Below are positions 47,458 to 57,156 of a stretch of 64,000 bases of DNA, piece by piece. The stretch covers positions 1 through 64,000 of IMG/VR virus record IMGVR_UViG_3300030099_003199; one strand, 5' to 3'. Below the pieces are notes generated by a model. The model did not search any database. It saw nothing but the letters and a program-made list of their open reading frames with translations, and was not told the origin of the DNA. Source of the DNA: a virus (Duplodnaviria > Caudoviricetes). Within the stretch, counting starts at the first letter, position 1; every line of letters starts with the position of its first letter. A program made the translations under genes and the position numbers.

Positions 47458-47852
47458 AATGGTGGGTAAAAGGTAATGTACCTAGTTCAAAGAATAGCCG
47501 TCAATGGACGGGTAAATATTTTGTAGTTAGTAAAACAGTTACTAAATATAGAAAAGCTACAAGAGCGGAGTATGAAAGAATGGCTCCTCAGTTTAAGTTT
47601 GAAGCAGCTAAGTATGAGTTACCACTCACTGTTACATTTACATTTGTAAGAGGAACTAAACACAAATTTGATTATATAAATCCATGTCAAACTGTACAAG
47701 ATGATATGGTAAAGTATGGATGGATTGAAGATGATAACTGTGAATTCATTATACCAATATTTGAACCTTATGAATATGATAAAGAATATCCAGGTGTCTG
47801 GATTGAAATTAAACCAGAATTAAATAAATTAAAAGATGAACGAGAAACCTAA
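47454..47852 (+). CDS. RusA-like Holliday junction resolvase
   Basis: 'GNVPSSKN', 'FDYIN...VQD.MV..GWIEDDN' fits the RusA D..N..K...D.L...DD pattern. Confidence 0.7.
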   Translation: MKWWVKGNVPSSKNSRQWTGKYFVVSKTVTKYRKATRAEYERMAPQFKFEAAKYELPLTVTFTFVRGTKHKFDYINPCQTVQDDMVKYGWIEDDNCEFIIPIFEPYEYDKEYPGVWIEIKPELNKLKDERET

Positions 47853-48159
47853 GTTAACATTACAGGTTTATGATAAGCTAATAGAAATGATGAGATCCTC
47901 CAACATGGAGGATTTTTTTATGGGGTTAGAAGTATACAAGAATCATAAAAGATCACAGTGGTCTGATATACTTATGTATAAATCTTTTGTTGGAAACAAA
48001 AGACATGAAGTAGAAAAAGAATTAAATATGAATGGACGTATCTTATGGCGTTATGATACTATGTCAATGGCCCAACTTAAAGAGAAACGTAAAAGATATT
48101 TAAAAGGAGATGAACAATTAATATTTGATAGATTATATGATGAATACAACAGCTATTAA
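47836..48159 (+). CDS. Small helical protein sharing a motif with two downstream genes
   Basis: 'LTLQVYDKLIEMMRSSNMEDFFMG' (see findings). Confidence 0.6.
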   Translation: MNEKPKLTLQVYDKLIEMMRSSNMEDFFMGLEVYKNHKRSQWSDILMYKSFVGNKRHEVEKELNMNGRILWRYDTMSMAQLKEKRKRYLKGDEQLIFDRLYDEYNSY

Positions 48160-49324
48160 CATACAGAAAGTAGTAGATAAAGTATCTAAAGCTTGTAAGA
48201 CTCTTATGTTTAAGGAACCATTTTATGGTCTCTTTCTTATAGGAATCAATAAAAAATATAGAGATGATCTGCCTACAGCAGGTGTAAGTAAGAACGGAAT
48301 GGGTGTGCAGCTAGCAATTAATCCTGCATTCTTTGATGGTCTTACTGAAAAACAACAAATGGGTTTGCTAAAACATGAGATATTACATGTAGGCTTTGGG
48401 CATTTACTTATAAGAGATAAGTATGATGATCAAAAACTATTTAATATAGCAGCTGATCTAGAAATTAATCAGTATATAGCAACTGATTGTTTACCTGAAG
48501 GTGGTTTAACATTGGATACATTTCCTGAGTTAAATCTTCCTATTAAAGCAGGAACTAAAGTATACTATGATTCACTTAAACAAGCTCAAGAAGATGGTAC
48601 ATGTCCAACACTAGACAATTTATTAAATCAAATGAATGGTGGTAGTCAGTATTGTCATGGTACTTGGGATGAGTTTGATGAGCTATCAGAAGCTGATAAG
48701 AAGCTAGTACAAAAACAAATTGAACATCAGTTAAAAGAAACTGCAGAATTAACAGAAAAAAGACAAGGTCATGTACCCGGTGAATTTGCAGAAATTATAA
48801 AAAGACTGAGAAAGATTGAACCACCTTCATTTAATTGGAAGGCATATCTAAGAAGGTTTGTTGGAAATTCTAGTATAGTATATACAAAGAAACTGAGACG
48901 TAAGTACAATAAAAGATACAGCGGTAACCCTGGTCTTAAGATTAAACACAAAAATCATATCTGTGTTGGTGTTGACACAAGCGGATCTGTATCTAATTCA
49001 GAACTAAAAGAGTTCATGAGTGAACTTACACATATGCACAAGACTGGTCATCAAATCACTGTAGTACAGTGTGATACACAGATCAATAGTGTAGAAGTAT
49101 TTAATCCTAAAAAAGATTGGGATATAAAAGGTAGAGGAGGTACAGACTTCCAACCTGTAATAGATCATTATAATGAAAAGGGTCATTATACAGCCCTTAT
49201 ATATTTAACAGATGGTGAAGCTTATACTCCAGATAACTGTCCAAAGAATACTCTTTGGGTACACAGTTCTCGTTGTAATATAAATCAAGAGTTACCAGGA
49301 CTTAAAATTCAAATTAATAAATAA
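48125..49324 (+). CDS. HExxH metallopeptidase-like plus vWA domain protein (DUF2201-type)
   Basis: 'LKHEILH', 'NIAADLEIN', MIDAS 'VDTSGS', 'GRGGTDF', 'YLTDG'. Confidence 0.88.
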   Translation: MIDYMMNTTAINIQKVVDKVSKACKTLMFKEPFYGLFLIGINKKYRDDLPTAGVSKNGMGVQLAINPAFFDGLTEKQQMGLLKHEILHVGFGHLLIRDKYDDQKLFNIAADLEINQYIATDCLPEGGLTLDTFPELNLPIKAGTKVYYDSLKQAQEDGTCPTLDNLLNQMNGGSQYCHGTWDEFDELSEADKKLVQKQIEHQLKETAELTEKRQGHVPGEFAEIIKRLRKIEPPSFNWKAYLRRFVGNSSIVYTKKLRRKYNKRYSGNPGLKIKHKNHICVGVDTSGSVSNSELKEFMSELTHMHKTGHQITVVQCDTQINSVEVFNPKKDWDIKGRGGTDFQPVIDHYNEKGHYTALIYLTDGEAYTPDNCPKNTLWVHSSRCNINQELPGLKIQINK

Positions 49325-49332
49325 TAAAGAAA

Positions 49333-50598
49333 ATGGCACAAGTAAATTTAAACATTGATGAGTTAAAGGATTTTGTTAATCACGTAGTTAACAACAATAG
49401 ATTCCTACAAAAACAAGGTAAGAAACCAGTAGCAATTGAAGTTGTTGGTGAGTCTGGTATTGGTAAAACTACATCTATTATGGACATGGCAAGAGACCAT
49501 GATCTAGATTTTGTTAAACTTAATCTTGCACAGATTGAGGAGTTGGGTGACCTTGTAGGTTTTCCAGTTAGACAATTTCAAATGTATAAAGAAAAGCAAG
49601 TACCTGTTAAAGGTGATGATGTAAACTATAGTAGAACAGGCGCTGCAGCTGATGATCTACTAAAGCTAGCAAACAAAACTACTACTAAGAAAGTTGGTCA
49701 GTGGGTTGATGAGTTAGCTGTAGCAGAATATCTTAAGAGTGGATGGAAGATGACAGGTCAAAACCGTATGTCATACTGTGCACCTGAGTGGATTGCAGGT
49801 AAAAAGAAAGGTGGTATCCTACTTCTTGATGACTGGAACCGTGCAGATGTAAGATTCATCCAAGCTGTTATGGAATTGGTGGACCGTCAGACATACATCT
49901 CATGGACACTACCAGAGGATTGGCATATTATATTGACTGCAAATCCTGATAACGGTGACTATATGGTTAACTCTGTTGACTCAGCACAGAAGACTCGTTA
50001 CATAACTGCAAACTTAAAGTTTGATGTAGATGTGTGGGCAAGATGGGCAGAAGCAGAAGGTATTGACTCAAGATGTATTAACTTTTTGTTGATGCATCCT
50101 GAACTTGTAACACAAGAAACTAATGCAAGATCTATCTCTACATTCTTCAATGCTATATCTAGCTTTGAAAAGTTTGATGAGAATCTACCACTAATCCAAA
50201 TGATTGGTGAAGGTAGTGTAGGTGAGGAGTTTGCATCTATGTTTACAATCTTTATTAATAACAAACTGGATAAGCTGGTAACTCCTAAAGACTTATTGAC
50301 TCATGACAATGAGCAATATATTTTAGGTGAGCTTGGATCATGTGTTGGTAAAGATGATTCATATCGTGCAGACATTGCATCTACACTTGCAACAAGACTT
50401 GGTAACTATGCTGTTGTATACTCTAAAGAGAATACAGTTAATCAAAAGATTACTGATAGGTTGCTAACACTATGTACTAAAGAGTATTTCTCTAATGATC
50501 TTAAGTATCTAATTGTTAGAACTATCTTTAATGGTAACAAGCAGAAGTTTAACAAGTTTATGATGAACCCTGAAATAATTAAAATGACATTAAAGTAA
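49333..50598 (+). CDS. MoxR/dynein-related AAA+ ATPase
   Basis: Walker A 'GESGIGKT', 'DLVGFP', Walker B 'LLLDDWNRA', sensor 'LTANP', 'DSAQKTR'. Confidence 0.88.
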   Translation: MAQVNLNIDELKDFVNHVVNNNRFLQKQGKKPVAIEVVGESGIGKTTSIMDMARDHDLDFVKLNLAQIEELGDLVGFPVRQFQMYKEKQVPVKGDDVNYSRTGAAADDLLKLANKTTTKKVGQWVDELAVAEYLKSGWKMTGQNRMSYCAPEWIAGKKKGGILLLDDWNRADVRFIQAVMELVDRQTYISWTLPEDWHIILTANPDNGDYMVNSVDSAQKTRYITANLKFDVDVWARWAEAEGIDSRCINFLLMHPELVTQETNARSISTFFNAISSFEKFDENLPLIQMIGEGSVGEEFASMFTIFINNKLDKLVTPKDLLTHDNEQYILGELGSCVGKDDSYRADIASTLATRLGNYAVVYSKENTVNQKITDRLLTLCTKEYFSNDLKYLIVRTIFNGNKQKFNKFMMNPEIIKMTLK

Positions 50599-51671
50599 TG
50601 GCAAAAATTCATGAAGATGTAAGATCCATGAGTAATATTGTTTCAAGTTTAGGTATTGCCTCTACAGACATCAATGGGATGATCTGTAGTGGTGATGCTC
50701 TAAACTATACAACAGTATTAGTTAGTGAAGATGAAACATCATATATAAAACATCAAGAAATATTAGAAGGAGATACTCAAACTCCCATTATAAATTATAA
50801 AAACAAAAAAGCTTTTATTATTCCTGGCTCAAGCATAACTGCTGATAAATTAAAAATGGAATTAAAAGAGCATGATATTAAAATTACTAATGATATAGAT
50901 CAAGCAGATGTATTTATTACTAATGTTATGTCAAGTCAAACAGTTGATGATCATAATATACCATTGCGTACTGTTATGTTTAATATTAATAATGGTTATT
51001 CTATAACTGAGTTTACACAAGGTAAAAGAAAATGTGACCTTATTAATAAATGGATGACTGATGAAAGCATAGAACATGTAATATGGGATAATAGACGTTC
51101 TGAAGCTTTGAGTACTTATCTTGGTAGTTGTGAGTATGATTCTCTTCCTTATGATACATATGTATATACAGGTATGGCTTTGAAAATTTTAGATCGTATT
51201 GTTAATGATGGTTGTGAAACTATTACTGGAGAAAGAGTTGTAGATGAATCTCCTAATCAACAAATACTAACTAAGAGTTTGCTTGATACATGTTTACAAA
51301 TGTATGATGCGGGTGGTGAAGATAGAGCAATGTTAGAAAAGATTTTGCCTACAATACGTACTGATGTTAATCATCATTTATTATGGAAACTACATGGTAG
51401 TATTCAAGAATATCATTTTAGTTCACGTAATAAAGATATAAAGTATTGGTTCAGTAAATCACAACATTCTTGGTATTCAAGAATGTCTGCTGAAGATTTT
51501 GTAAAACAACATGATGAAGACGGAACACTTACTTCTGAGGGTTTTAAATATATGGAGCCTTTGATAAGAAAAGGAATTGAAATTTATAACAGAGAGTTGT
51601 ATGTATTCACAGTAAGAATTAAACCAGAGTATGAAAAAAAATATTTAAAAAAATTATGTGTACACAGATGA
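50598..51671 (+). CDS. Hypothetical protein with a BRCT-like domain
   Basis: 'KKAFIIPGSSITADKLKMELKEHDIKITNDIDQADVFIT' has the BRCT beta1-alpha1-beta2-beta3 pattern. Confidence 0.5.
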   Translation: MAKIHEDVRSMSNIVSSLGIASTDINGMICSGDALNYTTVLVSEDETSYIKHQEILEGDTQTPIINYKNKKAFIIPGSSITADKLKMELKEHDIKITNDIDQADVFITNVMSSQTVDDHNIPLRTVMFNINNGYSITEFTQGKRKCDLINKWMTDESIEHVIWDNRRSEALSTYLGSCEYDSLPYDTYVYTGMALKILDRIVNDGCETITGERVVDESPNQQILTKSLLDTCLQMYDAGGEDRAMLEKILPTIRTDVNHHLLWKLHGSIQEYHFSSRNKDIKYWFSKSQHSWYSRMSAEDFVKQHDEDGTLTSEGFKYMEPLIRKGIEIYNRELYVFTVRIKPEYEKKYLKKLCVHR

Positions 51672-52864
51672 AACTAATTAAAATACATAGATTACGATTT
51701 GATATTGATGATCATAATACTAAAATTAAAAAAGGTCAAGTCTCTTTAGACTGTGATAATGACCATGCATTTGATATGCCAAATGTAAGTAGATATAATG
51801 ATGATCTAAAAAAGGCTATACAAAAAGCATTAGGACCTAATGAAGTTAAATCATTAAATAATATACGTACATTATATAGGTATCCTAATCTTAGTTTATC
51901 TAGAGATAAGGTTGCTTTTTATTGTCAAAATAATGATTTAAAAGTAATTAGAAATAAAGATGCTGCTGATATAAGAGTTATATCTGAAAAAGGTATAGAA
52001 AAACTAATGGAATATCATTGGTCAAAGAAGTTAGTAACTCCATCTAAACTTATTAAAATAATTGAAAATCATACTGCTGCCTTTGAAACAAAAGCAGATC
52101 AATTACATTGTATAAGTATAATTAAAGATATAGATGAAGATGAAATGATAGACATAGATTCTATAACTCGTAGATTTTATCATGCAGATAGTTGGGAACA
52201 TACTATTTCTCCAATGTTAGATGATATTAAAAAATCTAACACTAAAAGCATTAACTGGTTAGTTCTAGCTAAAAACTTGGAAATGTTTAATGAGTTTATA
52301 AATCCTACATTCAAATGGATCTTAGATGAAAATTGTAATAAGCTTATGTCTGCTGATTCAGTAGCATTAGATGATAAAAGTTTTATACAAATCAAAGATA
52401 TGTTGAAAGGAGGGACGCCAGATGATAGAGCTGTTGCAATGAACCTTATGTGTAATTGTGATATAGAGACTTCTAAAACTTATTTGGCTATGTTGTTCTT
52501 TCATTTTGGTGATTCTATGAAAGGAACCAAACCTTGGAACACAGTTGGATTTAAAGCATTAAGAAAAGGTTTTCAAAAGTATTATGACAACACTTCATAC
52601 AGTTATCAGCATTCATCAAGATATGAAAAACTAATTGGTATGTTGATTGAAGATAATGCATTAACTGTACCAGCAATGGAACATGTGTTAGATTTATTAT
52701 TTGAAGATGTTGTTAAGAAAGCAACAGGTCTTAATACTTCAAAAGCATTTAAGTTAGAAAGAAGTTCAATATCATTAACACCGGATTTTAGAGCTAAAGT
52801 TAAAGAGAAATCTTTATCTACAGTAATAAAAGAAGATCCAACAGTAAATGATTTACCATTTTAA
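51656..52864 (+). CDS. Hypothetical protein with a BRCT-like domain (paralogue of the preceding gene)
   Basis: 'LYRYPNLSLSRDKVAFYCQNNDLKVIRNKDAADIRVIS'. The C-terminus is 'DLPF'. Confidence 0.5.
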   Translation: MCTQMKLIKIHRLRFDIDDHNTKIKKGQVSLDCDNDHAFDMPNVSRYNDDLKKAIQKALGPNEVKSLNNIRTLYRYPNLSLSRDKVAFYCQNNDLKVIRNKDAADIRVISEKGIEKLMEYHWSKKLVTPSKLIKIIENHTAAFETKADQLHCISIIKDIDEDEMIDIDSITRRFYHADSWEHTISPMLDDIKKSNTKSINWLVLAKNLEMFNEFINPTFKWILDENCNKLMSADSVALDDKSFIQIKDMLKGGTPDDRAVAMNLMCNCDIETSKTYLAMLFFHFGDSMKGTKPWNTVGFKALRKGFQKYYDNTSYSYQHSSRYEKLIGMLIEDNALTVPAMEHVLDLLFEDVVKKATGLNTSKAFKLERSSISLTPDFRAKVKEKSLSTVIKEDPTVNDLPF

Positions 52865-52866
52865 TT

Positions 52867-53853
52867 ATGACAGATAAAGAACAGATATTTAAAGACAAAT
52901 ATGATAGAGGAGAATTTAAGTTTTCATATTCAAGTATGAATAGACTTAGGTTCTCCCCTAAGCTTTTCTACAAGGATTATATCCTTAAAGATAGAGAGCC
53001 TAGATTAGATAAGCATCTAATAGAAGGTAGACTACTACATCTATTATTATTGCAACCTGATAACTTCCAATCAGAGTTTGCATTGCTACCCGGTAAGATA
53101 CCATCAGAAGCTGTACGTAGAGTTCTTAATGAAGTTAAAGGAGTTGCTGTAGGAGATTTAGAGGATTTAGGTCCTGAGATTATAACTGCATTGCAACACC
53201 AAAACTTATATCAATCTATCAAAGATGACTCAAAAAGATTAGCAAAAATACTCACGGATGACAACAAAGAGTACTTTAAATTTTTGCTTGTATCAGAAGG
53301 CAAAGACATCATTGATCAAGATATGTATGATAAAACATTAGAGCGTGTAGAGATTGTCAAGTCAAATAAAGATATAATGGATTTACTTGATCCAGTTATA
53401 ACAGACTTTGAGTTAGATGAAACTGAAACGTTTGCAGAATCATATCTAGAATGTGATTTAAGAGATCTTAAGTTTGGTCTTAAGGGTTATGTAGACAAGT
53501 ACATAATAGACCATAAGAAAAGGTCAATCACTATCATTGACATCAAGACGTCAGGCAAGTCTATTGTCAATTTTGTAGACACTGTAGATTATTACAATTA
53601 TTGGATGCAAGCTGCCATTTATACTATGTTAATATTAAAAAATGTTCCAGATGGCATACAAGGTTATAAAATAAACTTTAACTTTATAGTAGTAGATACG
53701 TATAATCAAGTCTATAACTTTGAGGTAAGTGAAGTCACAATGCAAACATGGGCTGAACAACTTATGCTTGTATTAAAGGCCTGTAAATACCACTTAGAAG
53801 AAATGAACTTTGATTTACCGTATGAGTTTATTAATAACAAAGTAGTATTATGA
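52867..53853 (+). CDS. PD-(D/E)XK exonuclease (RecE/DUF3799-like)
   Basis: 'FSYSSM', 'EGRLLH', 'KGYVDKYII......IIDIKT', 'YWMQAAIY'. Confidence 0.85.
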   Translation: MTDKEQIFKDKYDRGEFKFSYSSMNRLRFSPKLFYKDYILKDREPRLDKHLIEGRLLHLLLLQPDNFQSEFALLPGKIPSEAVRRVLNEVKGVAVGDLEDLGPEIITALQHQNLYQSIKDDSKRLAKILTDDNKEYFKFLLVSEGKDIIDQDMYDKTLERVEIVKSNKDIMDLLDPVITDFELDETETFAESYLECDLRDLKFGLKGYVDKYIIDHKKRSITIIDIKTSGKSIVNFVDTVDYYNYWMQAAIYTMLILKNVPDGIQGYKINFNFIVVDTYNQVYNFEVSEVTMQTWAEQLMLVLKACKYHLEEMNFDLPYEFINNKVVL

Positions 53854-54443
53854 TGTACACAAAATACTTTCAAAAAAGCAAGATCTTCCTCTATCCTTTA
53901 TTAAACATAAGGAGAGGGGTTGATTTTGTTCCTGTAGAAACATTTTTAACCTGGGAAGAAAACTATAAAGTTAAAGATAAAAAATTCATGTGTTTGTATG
54001 AGCAAGAAGAAACAGATGAATGGAAAACTTTTGAAGCCAAATATTTATTATCAAATATATTCTTTTATGATTATATATTATTAGATAAAGATGTACACTT
54101 ATATATCTATGATTTTAGTGATCTAGGTGCAGATTATACTAAAGTAGCACGTGGTAAATATTCTGAAATATCAGAAAGAAATAAAGAAATTATTATGAAC
54201 TTCTTTGGAGAAAAAGGCGCTATAGCACAATATGTAGAAGAATTTTTGTATCCAGAATATTATCATCAGCAATATGCAGATGAATTAGATGTTAACGTTG
54301 ACTCATTACAATCTGTATATGAACTATGTGATAAACCTGATATGGAAAAAGAAAATTTGATATTTAAAAAACCTGACGTAAAAGCTATATTTAAGAAAAA
54401 GTTTTTATCTTTGTATTCTAATTCAAAATATATTTTAACATGA
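53850..54443 (+). CDS. Conserved hypothetical protein
   Basis: 197 aa with 'FLYPLL' and 'GKYSEIS'; follows the exonuclease. Confidence 0.65.
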   Translation: MMYTKYFQKSKIFLYPLLNIRRGVDFVPVETFLTWEENYKVKDKKFMCLYEQEETDEWKTFEAKYLLSNIFFYDYILLDKDVHLYIYDFSDLGADYTKVARGKYSEISERNKEIIMNFFGEKGAIAQYVEEFLYPEYYHQQYADELDVNVDSLQSVYELCDKPDMEKENLIFKKPDVKAIFKKKFLSLYSNSKYILT

Positions 54444-54892
54444 GTAAAGAAAACAAAAAACCAATGTATGGACAAAACATGTTGATTACAACATCAAACT
54501 GGGGCCCATACAAAACATTTAAATTAATGCCTATCACAGAGGATTGTCCTTATGTGGAGATCATATTTGACCCAAGTAGTAAAATACTTGCTGTTATTTC
54601 TAAAATTAATAAGAGTTCATATCATTTTGTACCAAAGATTGATGACAACGGAGATGAGGTAAAACTTAAAGTTGGCAAAAGACCTAATGGTAAAGATATT
54701 AAAGAACAAAGAGTAATGATGCAAACTCATGCTGAGTATTATATTGTTGATGATCAAGAAATCAAAGATTTTGTTAATCAGTTTGCAGTTAATGCTGACT
54801 CATATGACTATACTAGTATTATTGATAATGATGTTGAGCAAATGAAAAGAGCTTTATCTTCTGACAAAGCTACTAATCTAAACCTTGTTTAG
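54440..54892 (+). CDS. Hypothetical protein
   Basis: 150 aa, preceded by TATCTTTG (54406-54413) and followed by a terminator. Confidence 0.7.
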   Translation: MSKENKKPMYGQNMLITTSNWGPYKTFKLMPITEDCPYVEIIFDPSSKILAVISKINKSSYHFVPKIDDNGDEVKLKVGKRPNGKDIKEQRVMMQTHAEYYIVDDQEIKDFVNQFAVNADSYDYTSIIDNDVEQMKRALSSDKATNLNLV

Positions 54893-54918
54893 AGTTTTCT
54901 TTATTAACCAATCCATAG

Positions 54919-54942
54919 AAAGGGACTTCGGTCCCTTTTTTT
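54919..54942 (+). terminator. Rho-independent terminator with a UUCG tetraloop
   Basis: AGGGAC-TTCG-GTCCCT-TTTTTT. Confidence 0.9.
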
Positions 54943-54959
54943 GGCCTTAAATTATAATT

Positions 54960-55160
54960 ATGACAGCACTTATAGTAATAGCAACACTTTATTGCCTTTT
55001 TAGACTTTGTAAACTAGCCCTAAGTCAAGGTAGACAAATAGAAAATCAAAAAAATCTTATAGAAAATATGACTAAATGGGAGGAAAAATATAAAGCAAAA
55101 AATGATTTTGATGCTGATATGGATGCACAAGATTCTAAATGGGGTAAACATAAAATATGA
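54960..55160 (+). CDS. Small membrane-anchored protein
   Basis: 66 aa with a hydrophobic N-terminus and an ATGA overlap with polB. Confidence 0.55.
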   Translation: MTALIVIATLYCLFRLCKLALSQGRQIENQKNLIENMTKWEEKYKAKNDFDADMDAQDSKWGKHKI

Positions 55161-57154
55161 AGAGTCATTGGATAATGGATTATGAAACACTGAGTAATTT
55201 CTTTTGTGGTGTATTTAAACATTACAAAAAAGAAGAGTACAAGGTATTTGTAATACATTCTAAAAGAGATGACAGAAAAGCATTTATAGAATTTCTTGAA
55301 CAAAACAAAAAAAATAGAGAATATCATATATCATTTAATGGTTTAGGATTTGATGCGCAAATAACACATTGGTTTCTTGATAAGAAACAAGCAGTGTTAA
55401 ATGCAGATATAGAAGACTTAGTTCGTCACATCTATGATGAAGCACAAGCAACAATCCAAAGATCTAATAATAAAGAATTCTCTAAGTATCCAGAATGGAA
55501 AATGACTATTCCTCAAATAGATGTATACAAGCTAAATCACTGGGATAATATGGCCAAGCGGTCTAGTCTTAAGTGGATTGAATATACTATGGATTGGAAT
55601 AACATTCTTGATATGCCTATTGATCATGAGTCAGAAATAACAACTGATGAAGAAATTGATATGGTTATTGATTATTGTATTAATGATGTTAATGCAACTC
55701 AAGAGATCTATAATAGATCTAAAGAGCTTATAGGATTAAGAATAAACTTATCTAAAGAATATAACATTAACTTATTTAATGCATCAGAACCTAGAATATC
55801 TAAGGAGCTGTTTGCATTCTATTTAAGTAAAGAGTTAGATATTCCTAAGTATGAGTTAAAAAAGATGAGAACATTTAGGCGTGTAATAAAACTAGAAGAT
55901 ATTATACTGCCTTATGTAACATTTAAGACACCAGAGTTTCAATTGCTTCTTGATAGATTTAAAACTGTAGAATTAAATCCTCTTAATATAAAAGGGGCCT
56001 TTAAGTATAGTGTTAAATACAAAGGAGTTAAAACAGATTTTGGTTTAGGTGGTGTCCACGGTGCAAATAAACCGGGAATATATGAGCCTAAAAATGGTGA
56101 GATTATTATGTCTTCAGATGTTACATCTTTCTATCCTAATCTAGCAATTAAAAATAGCTGGTCTCCAGCACATTTACCAAAGTCACAGTTTTGTGAACTA
56201 TATGAATGGTTTTTTACAGAAAGAAAAAAGATTCCTAAGAGCAACCCTATGAACTATGTATATAAAATTATACTTAATAGTACATATGGTCTTTCTAATG
56301 ATAAAAATTCTTTCTTGTATGATCCGGAGTTTACAATGCGTATTACAATCAATGGTCAACTTACTTTGATGATGCTCTATGAAATGATTATGGAAGCAAT
56401 ACCAGAAGCACGTGCAATCATGCAAAATACTGACGGTATTGAAACTATTATTCCTGAGTCAGCAAAGGAAGAGTATTTTAAAGTATGTGAACAATGGGAA
56501 AAGTTAACGCAACTTAATTTAGAACATGATGAATATCAAAGACTTATATTTGGAGATGTTAATAATTATATTGGTATTTTTAAATTTGTTGAGACAGACT
56601 TATCTACATGGAGAACAATAAAGCAAAAAAATCCACACTATTTATTTAAAGTAGAAAAAGATAAATTTTATTATGCTCCTGTTAAATGTAAAGGTAGATT
56701 TGAATTTACGGATCTAGCATTACATAAAAACAAATCTAAACTAGTTATTCCTAAAGGTATCTATGAGTACTTTGTAAATAATAAACTGCCTGAAGATTAT
56801 CTTAAGGAAAATACTAATATACTAGACTATTGTATAGGTAGTAAAACTAATAGTGGTTGGCAAGTCAAAGCTGAATATGTAGAAAATGGTATTGCAAAAT
56901 CTGATGATCAACAAAAAATTAACAGATATTATGTAAGCAATAGCGGATCTAAGCTTGTTAAAGTTAACAAGAATGATGGGCGTGTTATACAGTTAGAAGC
57001 GGGACCTTGGATGACAACTATGTTTAATAAAATGATATTATCTCAAAAGTTTGCAGACTATGATATTAACTATAAATATTATCAGCAAGCTATTGAAAAA
57101 GAAGTCAATAATATTTTAGGTTTTACTAGCAATCAATTGAATTTATTTGATTAA
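55157..57154 (+). CDS. polB: Family B DNA polymerase
   Basis: Exo I 'DYE', Exo II 'FNGLGFD', Exo III 'YCINDV'; polymerase motifs 'DVTSFYP', 'KIILNSTYG', 'NTDG'. Confidence 0.93.
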   Translation: MKSHWIMDYETLSNFFCGVFKHYKKEEYKVFVIHSKRDDRKAFIEFLEQNKKNREYHISFNGLGFDAQITHWFLDKKQAVLNADIEDLVRHIYDEAQATIQRSNNKEFSKYPEWKMTIPQIDVYKLNHWDNMAKRSSLKWIEYTMDWNNILDMPIDHESEITTDEEIDMVIDYCINDVNATQEIYNRSKELIGLRINLSKEYNINLFNASEPRISKELFAFYLSKELDIPKYELKKMRTFRRVIKLEDIILPYVTFKTPEFQLLLDRFKTVELNPLNIKGAFKYSVKYKGVKTDFGLGGVHGANKPGIYEPKNGEIIMSSDVTSFYPNLAIKNSWSPAHLPKSQFCELYEWFFTERKKIPKSNPMNYVYKIILNSTYGLSNDKNSFLYDPEFTMRITINGQLTLMMLYEMIMEAIPEARAIMQNTDGIETIIPESAKEEYFKVCEQWEKLTQLNLEHDEYQRLIFGDVNNYIGIFKFVETDLSTWRTIKQKNPHYLFKVEKDKFYYAPVKCKGRFEFTDLALHKNKSKLVIPKGIYEYFVNNKLPEDYLKENTNILDYCIGSKTNSGWQVKAEYVENGIAKSDDQQKINRYYVSNSGSKLVKVNKNDGRVIQLEAGPWMTTMFNKMILSQKFADYDINYKYYQQAIEKEVNNILGFTSNQLNLFD

Positions 57155-57156
57155 AT

